64,000 nucleotides of DNA from an uncultured delta proteobacterium (GCA_963804955.1 CAWDSQ010000007.1:160001-224000), one strand, 5' to 3'; positions 42,134 to 54,865 are shown, counted from the stretch's first letter. Translations and numbers: made by a program. Notes: generated by a model from the sequence alone, not told the origin.

Positions 42134-44379
42134 TCACAATTCCTCTCTGCGTCCTCTGCGCCTTTGCGGTGAACCTCCGTCTTTTAGCTCTCCTGGTATT
42201 CTTTCAACCTGCACAAGGCAGGTATTGCCGCAGAAGGCCCCGGCGGGCGAGCAGGCGTCTTTTAACAGCGTATTGGCACATCCCCCGCGGTCGATGCCCT
42301 TGTCATCGGGCTGATACCAGGCGCCCTGCCCCATGCTCACCACTCCCGGCATGATGCGCCCCGTTACTTTGGCAGAAACCACGACCGTGCCCCGGTCATT
42401 GAACACCTTCACCATGTCGCCGTTTTTGATGCCCCGCGGCCCTGCATCGGCCGGATTGATCCAGACCTTATGCGGCTCAAGGTCCCGCAGCCAGGGATTA
42501 TTATGCATATTGGAATGTATGCGCCGCTTTGAGTGCGTGCTGATGAACTGCAGGGGGTACTTCTTTGCAAGCTCGTCATCGCTGCCTTCCCATGCCGGTA
42601 TATAGGTCGGCAGGGGCGGCAGGTCTGGGATCACTCCGCTCCTTAATTTTTGATGAATAAATCTCTATTTTGCCCGAAGGAGTCGGAAAGGGGTTTGCCG
42701 CAATATCCTCGCGCTGCTTTGCAAAAGCGATGACAGGCTTCTCAAGGGGTATCTTATGCACGCCTTCGGCCTTGAACGTCTCATAGTCGGGCAGGGGCTT
42801 TGAATCGGTGAATTTTTCAGCATCCGCCCAGAACAGGCGCAGCCATTCATCTTCGGTGTGAGTCGCTGTAGTCCTCAATGCCCAGACGCGGGGCAAGCTC
42901 GGCGCAGATCTGCAAATCGGACTTTGACTCATGCAGCGGCTCGATAAGCTTGTTCATATAAATATAATAGGGCCCGCCCTGCCAGGGCCGGATAATGTCA
43001 TTGCGCTCGAAATGGGTGTTGACCGGCAGCACGATATCGGCATAACGGGCAGTGGCGGTCATGACCTGCTCATGCACAACCACGAATTCCGGCTCCTGCA
43101 GCGCCCGGGATGCCTTGTTGGAATTAAGAAACTGGTTGACGGCGTTTGAATTGGTCACATACACGAACTTGATGTCAGCAGGGTGGCCGCCTGCCTTGCC
43201 GTTTAAAATAGCATCCCACACCTTGGTTATATGAATGGCAGGCCTCTGGCGGGCGCCTTCGGGAAGGTTCCCCGACAGCTGGCGGGAGATGAGCCCGGTG
43301 CCGGCAAGAGGCTGCAGGCCCGACGGCAGGCAGGTTAAATGCTGCCGGCTCGCCGCCGTAAATGCCCACATTGCCCGTCATGGCAGCCAAGGGTTGATGC
43401 CGCCCGGTGAAACTGCTCGCCGAAGGCCGTGCGGCCCGGCGCGCCCAGGGTCAGAAGCTTGGCGGGCTTGATGGTTGCATACTGCCGCGCAAGGGAGGCG
43501 ATGGTTTCGGGCCTCAACGCCGGTAATGGCCCCTGCCCACTGCGGAGTTTTGGGCAGGCCGTCGGTCGTGCCCAGCACATAGTCTTTAAACGCGTCAAAG
43601 CCCACCGTGTGGGAATCGAGAAACTGCTGATCCTGCAGATTCTCGGTAATCATGACATAGGCCATGGCAATGAGCATGGCCGTGTCCGTGCCGGGCCGGA
43701 TGGGCACCCACTGCGTGGCGAATGCCGCAGCCGAATCGGTGAAGCGCGGATCGATTGCCACGATCTTGACGCCCTGCTCTTTTGCTTTGGCAAGATTCCA
43801 GGCCGTGGTGGTGCGCTGCACGGTTTCAGCCGGGTTCCAGCCCCACATGATGATGAAGCGGGCATTGGGAATATCATCTGATGTGTGGCCGGCAGTGACG
43901 GTGCCGTAGGTGGTCTCGGAATTGAACAGGCTGCCCCAGAACGAGCAGGAGCCCCAGATGGGCGTGAACCCGCCGAACATGGTCAGCAGCCTGAACACGG
44001 AAAGCTGATTGTGGAGAAATGTTCCCGTATTGCCCGAATAGGCGATGTAGAGAATGGAATCGTTGCCGTAGGTGTTTTTTACGTGCTTGAGCTTGTCGGC
44101 GATGGTGTCCAGGGCCTCGGCCCAGGAAATGGGCTCAAACTTGCCCTCGCCCCGTTTTCCCACGCGCTTCAGCGGGGTGCGCAGGCGGTTTTCCGAATAC
44201 ACATGCTCCCGGTAGGCCCTGCCCCGGCAGCAGGCCCGCAGCTGCGGGTCACCGCCGTCATCGGTTTCGATCTCGCGAATGACGCCGCCTTCCACATGAA
44301 CTTTCAGCACGCATCTGCCGCCGCAGTCATGGGGGCAGCTGGTGAGCACGACCTTTTCTGTAGCTTCTTCCTGTGCCAT
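42134..44379 (-). CDS. DmsA-like molybdopterin oxidoreductase catalytic subunit, no Tat signal (frameshifted)
   Basis: [65 protein letters not shown]. Confidence 0.88.
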
Positions 44380-44583
44380 AGAACCCTTCCGGACATAAAT
44401 TAGGATTTTTTGACATAAATAGTTATACCGCATAACTATATATTGCGCAATCCCGGTGCAGCAAAAATCAGGCACTCCTGAGGGAGCAAAGGTTCAGGGT
44501 GCATGCAGGTTTCAGGGGCCAGGCAAGACAGACAAAGAATGTATCGGAGAGCGGAGGCTTGTGTCATCCAGCGGCAACACTTC

Positions 44584-44684
44584 GGGCAGACACATAGGTC
44601 TGCCCCTACTGCTATGGACGGGATTACCCCTGACCCTTGCAATCCAGAACCTTGAACTTTGAACCTTGAACCTTAAACCCTGAA
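44584..44684. repeat. REP-like hairpin plus heptamer tandem repeat
   Basis: gggcagacacataggtctgcccctac; (ccttgaa)n at 44646-44684. Confidence 0.65.
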
Positions 44685-46168
44685 TCAGGCTCTCGGCTTT
44701 GTCTCCATGCGGTGGCTGTCAGTGGGGCTGAGCTTCTCGCTGTACACATCTATCCGGGTCGAAAACTGCTGCTCAATTGATACAAGGTCGCTGCGCTTGT
44801 TGTTCAGCAGATACGCCGCCGCATCTTCCGAGACCCAGACCTTGATCTCGGCGCAGTCCCCTGCTGAGGCCTTGTCAAAAACAGCCGTCAAGACTAAAAG
44901 GGCTATGGTCTCCCGTGATTTCAAGCTGCCGGTGCCGCCGCAGCACGCACACTGCGTCTGGTTCGTATCGACAAGGGGGGTGCGCAGCCGCTCCCGGCTC
45001 ATCTCCAGCAGCCCGAACTGCGAAATACGGGTGATCTCGATATTTGCCTTGTCGTTCTTGAACGCATTGCGGAGCTGGCGCTCCACCTGCAGGCGGTTTT
45101 TCTGGCTCTTCATGTCGATAAAATCAATGACGATGAGCCCGCCAAGATCGCGCAGGCGCAGCTGACGGGCTATCTCATCGGCGGCCTCAAGATTGGTGAT
45201 GAGCGTCGACTCCTCGGGGTCTTTCACCCGCGTGAAGCGGCCTGTATTGACATCGATGGCCACAAGGGCTTCCGTGGGATCAATGGCAATCGATCCGCCC
45301 GACTTCAGGGGCACCGTGCGCCGCAGCAGGGGCGCAATCTGCTCCTCGATCTTATATTTGAGGAAAATAGGCGTTTTTTCTTCGTACAGCCGCACCACCT
45401 TATGGTGCTTGGGGATGACCTGTTTGAAAAAATCATGCGCCCGCTTGTACATCTCGGGATTGTCGATCAGCACCTCGGTGGTGTCCGTGGTGAAATAATC
45501 CCTGATCGATTGAATGACCATATTGCTTTCCTGATAAATCATGGCCGGCGCGGAAACCTCTTTTCCCCGCGCCTCGATGGCCTTCCACAGGCGAACCAGA
45601 TAGTCGGCATCGCCCTGCAGCTCCTTCTTGGTCTTGCTCAGGCCCGCGGTGCGAACGATGACGCCCATGGCCTCGGGCAGCACAAGCTCGCGGCTGATGT
45701 CTTTGAGCTTCTGCCGCTCCTCCTCATCCTCGATCTTGCGGGATATGCCGGTGCGGCTGTAGCCGGGCATGAGCACCAGGTAGCGGCCCGGCAGCGATAT
45801 GAAGGTGGTGAGCGCAGCGCCCTTGGTGCCCTTGACCTCCTTGGAGACCTGCACGATCACCTCCTGGCCCTTGTGCAAAATTTTGCCGGGCGGAAGCTTG
45901 CCTCTGCCGGGGTGGCTGTCGGGATCCTGGTAGTAGGTGTGCCGGACCTCGTCCAGGGGCAAAAAGCCGGGTTTCGGGCCGCCGTATTCGACAAAGGCCG
46001 CATACAGGCTCGGCTCGACACGCTGAACCACGCCCTTGTAGATATTGCCCTTGATTTTTTCAACATTGGTTGTTTCGACGGCAAGGTTGGAAAGAATGCC
46101 GTCTTCAATGATCGCCACCCTGCTTTCTTCGGGGTGGATGACATTAATAATCATTTTTTTTCCGGCAT
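44685..46168 (-). CDS. ribonuclease E/G family (short, catalytic domain only)
   Basis: GNIYKG.V..V.PSL.AAFVEYG, GRYLVLMP, AIDVNTG, RLRDLGGLIVIDFIDM. Start inferred at ATG 46168 with one indel (alternatives ~46154 or 46214). Confidence 0.92.
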
Positions 46169-46602
46169 CAGTCGCCTTGTTCCTGCCCCTCGTTAGAACG
46201 CTGAAAAACATCAATGTAGTAACCTTTCTCTGTGAATTTGCGCATTACAGCCACTGACAAAGGGCTGCTGCAGCGATCAGCAAAACGGCGGGCTGCAGTA
46301 TCAGCCGCCTTCCTCAATATAGCGTGCACCCGTATCAGACTCGGGCCGCAGCCGCTGGAGCGCCCGGGCAAGAGAGCCGGGGTCATGAGCGCGCACACTG
46401 CGGCGGGTTTGAAACCTTGCAGTAATTCCAGGTACGGAAGGTAGCCTCGGCATAGGCCTCGGGAAAAGGCCCCATGCTCTTGGTGAAATCCGGGCCTTTG
46501 GTAAAAAGTATCTCCTGTTCCGGTCCGTCCAGCTGCAGTGCAAGGTAGGAATTTTCAAGCTTCTCTTCAAATAGTACTCGCCACGATAGTCGCCATTTTG
46601 TA

Positions 46603-46632
46603 ATAATACTGGAAAATCAGCCTGTTGGTCAA
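46603..46632 (-). promoter_or_regulatory. candidate promoter for rne/rng giving a ~430-nt leader
   Basis: TTGACC-N18-TATTAT on the minus strand. Confidence 0.5.
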
Positions 46633-47037
46633 GCCAATAATCATAAGCAGTGGCAGGCAGCCCCGAACTTTTGCTTAGATTTTTCTCTGTTCTTTTGATA
46701 GATAGCTCGACGGTGTCGCGGGCTCAGGCCTTCTTCTCTACATTAAACTCCGACGGGCGGTCAATGAATGTTCTGTAAGCAGCCGAATCTGTTGCATTCC
46801 TCCGCACATCGCTGGTTTCAGCAATGGACTTAGGCTGGTGTCTTTCTAATACTGTACAGACATTGCTGCAAGAATATGGATGCTTTTAAAGAATAAACTG
46901 GACGTAGCAGTCATGTACGAAACCATGACCACGCCGCAAGCCGCGGGAAAAAAACATGCAACCACAGATCAGCCAAAGGGGGGAAGCGAAGCCTCTGTGG
47001 AGGTGCTGCACCATTGGTTTGTGTGGCTGATCCTACT

Positions 47038-47207
47038 TAGTGCCTGAACGAAAAGTCATTTTTTTGTAGGTTGGGTTAAGCCCGAAAGAACCCGTTGGGT
47101 TTCGTACCTCAACCCAACCTAGGCAAAAAGCAAAGGTTTACGAAACAGCACTAATCATAAGGGCGAACCCAACAAATGTATTTTTCAAGGTTTTCGTTCA
47201 GACACTA
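47038..47207. mobile_element. MITE-like element enclosing a REP doublet
   Basis: TIRs tagtgcctgaacgaaaa / ttttcgttcagacacta; internal gtaggttgggtt...aacccaacctag; a similar right end recurs at 61202-61218. Confidence 0.65.
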
Positions 47208-47272
47208 CTTACTAACTACAAGAAGGGCGCGGCCGTTCGCTCCTGCGCAACTCTTTTTTCATAAAGGAAACC

Positions 47273-49448
47273 ATGCCGGACTATAAAAATACAATTGCGG
47301 CCCTTGAGGCAGCCCGCGACAAAGGGCTCATAAAAACATCATCCTGCGCCAATGCCTGCTCATGGCTTGCCCCGTCATTTGCTGCAGTTGAAATCGACGG
47401 CATTCTGGTGGGCGATCATATTGCCGGGCTGGCGGCACAGCAGCGCTGGACTGAAATCGACAATGCTTTTTTTGAAATGAACGGTTTCGGCACTGCCGGC
47501 GTGAGGGGCAACCTTGCCATCGGCACAGCCTATTTCAATAAGATAATACTGGGCCTTGGCGTTGAAGCCCATGCCCGCTATATCGAAAAAGCCTACGCTG
47601 AAAACGGCAGGCGGCTGGGCCGGGAAAAAGCCGTCATCATCGCCTATGATTCGCGCCGCGGCTCCTATGATCCTCAGACCGACGGCCCCGGTTTTATGGT
47701 GAGGGAAGCCGCGGGCATCTATGCAGCCCACGGCATCAAGGTCTATGTGTTCGACACGGTTGCCCCCACGCCGGAGCTGTCATTTGCCATAGCAGAGCTT
47801 GACGGCATTGCCCCGTATGCCGGCGGCGTTTTCACCGCATCGCATAACCCGGCAACCGACAACGGGTTCAAGCCCTATGACTGCCACGGCGGCCAGGTCG
47901 TGCACAAGCGGCGTGCAGCAGATAGCCGACAGCATCACCGACTACGGCGAGGTAAAAAAAATGGACTATGCCGAGGGCGCGGCCCGGGGGCTCATCGTCA
48001 CGGTGGGCCCCGAGGTGGATGCGGCCTATATTGAAAAGGAAAACCAGACCGCCATCTGGGTTGATGCCGCGGGCCGGTTTCTGCCCGATAAAATCGACCC
48101 GTCGCTCACGATTGTATTCTCGGCCCTCAACGGCACATCGCAGCGCCTGGTGCCCCGCGTGCTTGAGCGGCGCGGATTCAACCTGCAGCAACCTGTTTCC
48201 GGTTGCGGCTCAGTGCGTGCCCGATGGCGATTTCCCGACCTGCCCCAAGCCCAATCCCGAAGAAAAGCCGGCCCTCAATGAAGCGGTGAAGCTTGCCAAT
48301 GAAACTGCGGCCGACATACTCATCGCCACCGATCCCGATGCCGACCGGCTGGGCGTGGGCGTGCGCCTGAAGGACGGCGAAAAAAGCCTCTACGCTGATG
48401 ATGCCGCAGTAAAGGACGGCTACTACCTGCTCACCGGCAATCAGCAGCTGGTGCTGCTCACCGATTATATCCTGAGCCAGACCATTGCACGCGACGGAAC
48501 CCTGCCGGCAAACAGCGTCATCTCAAAAACGCTTGTCTCGACCGATCTTGCGAAAAGCGATTGCCGATGCCTTCGGCGTCAAAACGATTGAGCCCCATGT
48601 GGGCTTCAAGTTTCTCGGAGAAAAGCTTGCCTGGTATGCCAGGCATGCCTGCGCAGCAGCAGACCTTGCAACAGCCCTATCGCAGCCTGTCGCGCCGGGA
48701 GCGCGTGGAGCTGCTCTCGCAGCACAGCCTCTGCGTGCTGTTCGGCGGTGAGGAGTCCTACGGCTCGCTGGTGGGCGATTATGTCAAGGACAAGGACGCC
48801 ATAACCGTCAGCGCCATGTTTGCCGAAATGGCGGGCTTTTACAAGCTGCAGGGCAAAACCCTCATGCAGCGGCTTGAGGAAATTTTTGTGCAGTACGGCT
48901 ATGCCCGCGAGGAAACCATATCCCTTGGCTATACGGGCGCGGCGGGCAATGATGTCATCAGGGCCATCATGGCAGAGCTGCGGGCGCGTCCGCCGCAGCA
49001 GTTCTGCGGCAGACAGGTCATCGCCGCCATCGATTATAAGGCCCCCGACGACGGCGGCAGCCGCACAGCACTGGCCGGCAACGGCAGCGTGCTGTTCTGC
49101 GATGCCGAGCCGGCAGATGCGTCAGCCCATACGGGCTACGAGCCGGTGCAGGGCGTTCAGGTGCCCCTGTTCTGGCATGGCGACTACAAAATAATCGGGG
49201 CAGCGCGCACGGCTTGCCGGAGGCCAATATGCTTGTCTACGTGCTTGCCGACGGCTCAAAAATAATCGCACGGCCCTCGGGCACGGAACCGAAAATCAAG
49301 TTCTATGTGCTTGCCCGCGGCACGCAGGGTGCTGATAAAGGACTCTGTGCAGGACAAGAAGGCAGTCAACGCATTTTTCGGAAACGTCAAGCAGGAGCTT
49401 ACGGAATTTGCCGGCCGCATTGCCGGGCCGATTCTTGCCCAGGCATAA
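47273..49448 (+). CDS. phosphoglucomutase/phosphomannomutase (frameshifted)
   Basis: [41 protein letters not shown]. Confidence 0.9.
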
Positions 49449-49501
49449 AAAAAACACGCAGTACAACCGTTTTATATTCACTCCCGGTTGCCGAATGCCG
49501 G

Positions 49502-50300
49502 CTATATTTTTTTCAGCACAATTCTGTCGCCCCGGCATGCGCCGAGGAATGCTGCAGCGCTTTTGTTTTTCACCGATATCTCAAGCCGGCCGCTGCTGCC
49601 GATAATGCAGAACGGTTCGCCCTCCTGCGCTGCGGCATACGATAGCATCATTTTTGTAATGGCCGCCCCTTTCACTTCAACCCGTATCGCCGGCTCCATG
49701 AAAAAAACCCTGCAGCATAACACGGCTGATATTGGTTATGAGATTGCCGAAGCGGTCGATATGCACAATGCAGCCCTCAAGAATGCCTGCGCCCCGCATG
49801 ACCGGCACAGCCTGCGGCAGTATGACCGGATCATCGATTCTGCGGCCCATATGCTCAGGCTGAACGCCTTTGGAAAGATGGGCTGCCACAGGCGCAAAAA
49901 TATCCCTGCCATGAAAGGTTGCTGACATATCCGGGAGAAAATAATCTGTAGAGGTAAGCGCATAGACCGCTTTCAGGCCGGGAGCTGAGAGGGCAAAGCT
50001 GAAAATGCCATTATCCGGCCCCACAAACAGGCTCCTTTCTGTTTCCACCACGAGCGCACGCCTGCCGCTGCCCACGCCGGGATCGACAATCGCCATATGT
50101 ATCGCTCCGGCAGGGAAATACGGGCAGGACGACTCAAGGGCAAAAGCCCCGGCTGCAATATCCCGGGGCGTTACGGCATGAGTAATATCCACTATGGTGC
50201 AAGCCGGGTTGATGGACAAAATAACGCCCTTCATGATCCCGACATAGATATCGTCAAGGCCGAAATCCGTGGTAAGTGTTATGATTGCGTGAGCGCTCAT
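49502..50300 (-). CDS. SAM hydrolase / SAM-dependent halogenase family (DUF62; frameshifted)
   Basis: [40 protein letters not shown]. Confidence 0.92.
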
Positions 50301-50587
50301 GCCGGCGAAACCGAAAAAAAATTGATTTAACCTCCAAAATACTTAATTTTTCTGTTAAAATCAAGTCATCAAGCCATCCGAATAGCGGGAGGCTTGATTT
50401 CGCCCGGAAAGGGCATAATCAAAAACACGCAGTGATTGCGCTGCCTTCTTAAAAAAACCGTGAAAGATTCAGGATGCTGCCCGGCGAACGGGCATACGGC
50501 CATGAAAAATGATCACGGAACATATGAGGATTTTGTGTTCATGAACTGCTCTTGCGCAGCACAGAACCACGCAGCAGTGAGGAAAGC

Positions 50588-51516
50588 ATGCCGGAAAAGA
50601 CACTAACCTGTCCCAAATGCGGCTACGACCAGCCGGAGGGAAGCGAATGCCGGCGTTGCGGGGTTATTTTCTCGCGAATCCCGAAAGCAAAGCCGGGCCC
50701 CCCTGCCCGGGCGCGAGCTGAAAACACCCAACAAAGCAAACCGGCTTCTTTCGGGCCATGCGGATTACCTTTCTGCTGCTGGTGATGTTCGGGCTGGCCT
50801 TTAATGTCTGGCTTGCCAAGTGGCGGGTGGCAGCCTGGGACCGCCCCCTGTGGGTGGTCATACATCCGATCTGCGGCGATGCAAGCCCCGAAACCCGCGC
50901 GTATATCGACTCGCTGACCCCTGAAGAATTCAAGCCGGTGACAGACTTTTTCTCTGCCGAGGCCGAGCGCTACAGCCTGAAAATCGAGGAGCCTTTCAGC
51001 CTTGTGCTTGCCCCGAGGCTCGACGCAGTGCCGCCGCAGATACCGGATCAGCCGACACCCCTGAGCATGATTGTCTGGAGCCTGAAACTTCGCCTCTGGG
51101 CATGGCGCATCGACAAAGCACAAGCTCCGGTGCAGGACATACAGCTGTTTGTGCTGTACTTTGACAAAAGCCGAAACATCGTGGATCACTCCTATGTCAT
51201 GCAGAAAGGCTATATCGGCGTCGTGAATGCCTATGCCGCACCTGCAATGAAAAATAAAAACAATATCGTCATAGCCCACGAACTCCTGCATCTGGCGGGC
51301 GCCACTGACAAATACAATCCGGCAAATGAGCTGCCCGTGTATCCCGCAGGGTACGCTGACCCGGAGGCCCGTCCGCTCTACCCCCAAACTGAGGCTGAAA
51401 TCATGGCGGGTTCGATCCCGGTGAGCGCAACGAAAGCAGAGATGCCCGGCAGTCTGGATGAAACCGTCATAGGCCCTGCCACCGCGCGGGAAATAAATTG
51501 GCTTCAAGTCGAGTGA
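50588..51516 (+). CDS. zinc-ribbon + TM + zincin-like (HExxH) protein (frameshifted)
   Basis: CPKCG..Q..ECRRCG; TM helix; IAHELLHLAGATDKY. Confidence 0.65.
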
Positions 51517-51539
51517 GACTATGGTATAGTTAGATTAAA

Positions 51540-51696
51540 GAAGCCAGAATGAAGCAGTCGGAATCCAGAATAGAAGACACACAGGCTGCAAAGAGTGTAT
51601 CTGTTTCTTCCGGGAAATCAGATCCTGAATCGTTTTCCGGTGTTTTTTCCTGCTGACTTCCGGCTCCTGAATTCCGGCTTCTGGATTCTGACTTCT
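51540..51696. repeat. inverted arrays of degenerate heptamer repeats
   Basis: ccagaat/tcggaat units, then ttccggc/tcctgaa/ttctgga/ttctgac units. Confidence 0.55.
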
Positions 51697-51780
51697 AGTT
51701 TATATGCTCTACAGATTTTTCCCTGAGGGCGGATTTTTATGCATATCACCTGCTTAACTTGAAACCTGAAATTTAAAATC

Positions 51781-52709
51781 ATGGCCATCGGACGTTTACG
51801 ATTAAAACCCATGTCCTACGACTTTCCGCCCTGGCGCCCGCCCAGCGAGGCAAACAGCCTGCTTGTGCGCGTAACGCGGGGCTGCACCTGGAACCGCTGC
51901 ACCTTCTGCTCCATGTACAAGCAGTTCACCTTCGAGCGCAGGCCGGTGGAGGACGTAAAGGCCGATATACTCACAGCTGCGTCTGCTCTACAGCGACCGA
52001 TGTTCGCACGCGTCTTCATCGGCGACTCCAACAGCCCCTCAATAAAAACCGCTGATTTCGCGGACATACTGCACCAGCTCTACTGCATCGTTTCCCGAAC
52101 TTGAGCGTGTCACGAGCTATGCGCGCGCCAAAACGCTGCTGAAAAAACCTCTCGATGATCTCAAGCAGCTCCGGCAGGCAGGGCTTACCCGGCTGCATGT
52201 GGGGCTTGAAACCGGCAATGCCGAACTTCTGAAAAAAATCCGCAAAGGCGCCACGCCGGATGAAATGGTTGCGGGCTGCCGCAAGGCCAAAGAGGCGGGG
52301 TTCGAGCTGTCGGTGTACGTGCTGCTGGGCCTTGGCGGCGAGCATCTTTCCGCAGCGCATGCCCGCGATACGGCAGCGGTGCTGAACCGCATCGATCCGC
52401 ACTTCATCCGCGTGCGCACCCTGCAGCCCCAGCCCGGCTCCGAGCTGTACGACGACATGGCAGCCGGCGCCTTCGTGAAAGCATCCCATGAAACCGTTCT
52501 TCAGTGAGCAGCGCATCATGGTTGCGAATCTCGACGTCACATCAGAGTATCTGAGCGATCACATAACAAATTATATTCCCGTGAACGGCAAACTGCCCGG
52601 CGACAGGCACGCCATGCTCCGCGCGATCGATGAGCACAGCGCCGACCTTGCACATAATGCCGCCCTGCAGGACCGGTTTGCCCGCAAGGACAGGCTGTCA
52701 AGCCTGTAG
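51781..52709 (+). CDS. radical SAM protein (RPPSE family; frameshifted)
   Basis: RPPSEANSLLVRVTRGCTWNRCTFCSMYK, HVGLETG, SDHITNY. Confidence 0.85.
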
Positions 52710-52777
52710 CGTCGGCTGGAATGCTTACAACCTTCTGAGGCAATTCAGACAATTAACCATTATCCATTGACTTTTTT

Positions 52778-53239
52778 ATGCCCGGTAAAATACTTATCGT
52801 TTCAGACAGCCACGGCGCCGTGCGCAAGCTTGACGCTATCGTGCGGCACGAAGAGCCCTTCGACGTCCTGGTGCACTGCGGCGACGGAGTAGAGGATCTC
52901 TCGCACATAACCATTCCCGGCAGCACACGGGTGCTCAAGGTGACCGGCAATGTGGATATCTCCCATGGATACATTTTCGAGCGGATTCTCATTGAAGAGC
53001 TCTACGGCAGGCGCATCATGATTACCCATGGCGATCTGTTCAGGGTCGAGCGTGATATGGCAATGATGCTGGAAGAGGGCATTCTGCAGGAGGCTGACAT
53101 CATCTGCTTCGGTCACACGCATATGAAATTTTTCCGCGACGGACCGGTGGCTCTGTTCAGCCCCGGGCCTGCCAACGAGGGCTGCTACGGCGTGATAACA
53201 ATCGGCGCCGATATTCGCTGCCGGCACAGGATGCTCTGA
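52778..53239 (+). CDS. YfcE-like metallophosphoesterase
   Basis: SDSHG, HCGD, GNVD, THG, GHTH, SPG. Confidence 0.88.
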   Translation: MPGKILIVSDSHGAVRKLDAIVRHEEPFDVLVHCGDGVEDLSHITIPGSTRVLKVTGNVDISHGYIFERILIEELYGRRIMITHGDLFRVERDMAMMLEEGILQEADIICFGHTHMKFFRDGPVALFSPGPANEGCYGVITIGADIRCRHRML

Positions 53240-53285
53240 CCGCGCGCTTCAGGCACCCCGCTCATACAATTTGAACGGAGCTGTC

Positions 53286-54310
53286 ATGGCTGCAGATTTT
53301 TCGCTCAACACGATACATGCCCGTATGGCATCCTCGACCGCCGCGCTCATTATCGTTTCCCGGCCTGTCGACCCCGACTGTATCGGCACGGCTCAAGCGC
53401 TTCGGTGGCTGCTTGCCGCGCAGGGGCACGCCGCCTCCATAGTCTGTTTTTTCAGCATACCTTCCAACATGACCGGTTTCCCCGGCATGGACGAGGTTCT
53501 GGTTGCACAGCCCGACTCGTTTGACTTTTCCCCCTTTGATCTCTTCATCACCGTGGACGGCAGTTCATGGGGCCAGTTTTTGGGCGATGAGTGGCAAAAC
53601 ATACTCGGCCGCATGGACATGGCGCGCATTGTCAACATCGACCATCATGAGGCTGATGAAATTATGCAGGCCATACCCGGCCAGTGCCTGAACATCAAAA
53701 CATCCTCCACCGCGCAGGTGCTGTACGAATACTTCATCGAGCCGTCAGGGCTTACCCCGCCTGCCCGTATTGCCGACTGCCTCTACCTGGCTCTGCTCTA
53801 CGACACGCGCGGATTCAGAAACGAGATGCATGCCGGCGCCTACCGTTTCGCCGAAGCGCTCATCGCCCTTGGCGCCGACCATGCCAGAGCGGTTGATGTC
53901 AACTACGACATGCGGGAGGTACAGTACCTGACCTGGGCCATCGAGCACACCGGTTCATCAGCGACCTGGGGCTCATGCTGCTGGTTATCGATGCTGAAGG
54001 GCTGGCAGAGCTTGAGGCGATCCTCGGCAAAGACTTCCTTGATTTTGATACGATATACAAAGAAACCATTCAGCGGCAGGTTGCGGGATTCCACTACGGC
54101 ATCATCCTCACCGACAAGCTCGACGGCAGCGTGCGCCTGAACTGGCGCACCCGGGGCTATGGCAGCCATCTAGCCATAGCCGACGTGGCCCGCAGGGCGG
54201 GCTTTCGTGCCGGCGGCCACCGCAATGCCGGCGGCGGCAGTTTTACTGGCAGCATACAGGATGCACAGGCACGGCTCCTTGAGCAGCTGCGCAGAGAGCT
54301 GCTGAAGTAG
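53286..54310 (+). CDS. DHH/DHHA1 phosphoesterase (NrnA-like; frameshifted)
   Basis: DPDCIG, VD, NIDHH, SSTAQ, DT.GF, GGHRNAGG. Confidence 0.85.
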
Positions 54311-54450
54311 GGGCCGGGGAAACTGACAGGCTGTGCAGTTCAGCACAACCTGTTTCCAGCAATGAAAATAGTATTTTCTTTTCAGGCATTATTTGGTAAA
54401 AAGACGTTAAGGTTTCCAAACAAACCCAAACAACACACAAGGAGAAACCG

Positions 54451-54760
54451 CATGGCAGCAAAAGCACCCGCAAAAAAAACGGCAAAGCCTGCAGCGAAAA
54501 AAGCTCCGGCAAAGAAAGCTCCTGCTAAGAAGGTCTACACCTGCAGGACCTGCGGCAAAACAACATCCGATGCAAAGCACCTGTGCAACCCGGGAAAATA
54601 CGAACCGGTTTACACCTGTGAGTACTGCGGCACGGCAGGCAGCGATCCCCGCCACATCTGCAAGCCAAAGGTAGTAGACGTGCAGTGGTTCTGCGATGCC
54701 TGCGGCAGAGTATCCGTATCGAAAAGCCTGCTGTGCAAGCCCAAACAGATTAAAGGATAG
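54451..54760 (+). CDS. histone H1-like Lys/Ala/Pro tail + three CxxCG-x8-CxP modules
   Basis: AAGGAG RBS; AKKAPAKK repeats; CRTCG..HLCNP, CEYCG..HICKP, CDACG..LLCKP. Confidence 0.8.
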
Positions 54761-54865
54761 CTTGCCTGCGCAACGTCAGGCTCTGCGCGCGCAAAAAAAG
54801 CGCAGTTTAACCAGCAGGCATAAGACTATTTGTTCACCTTAGACATAACCGGGGGATCACGTCGC

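Noticed and set aside
44646..44684. CRISPR array (also 51540-51696)
   Set aside because: These are degenerate 7-bp tandem units without spacers, and there are no cas genes.
46670..46960. Possible degraded gene on the minus strand
   Set aside because: Only short open stretches, with no identifiable family.
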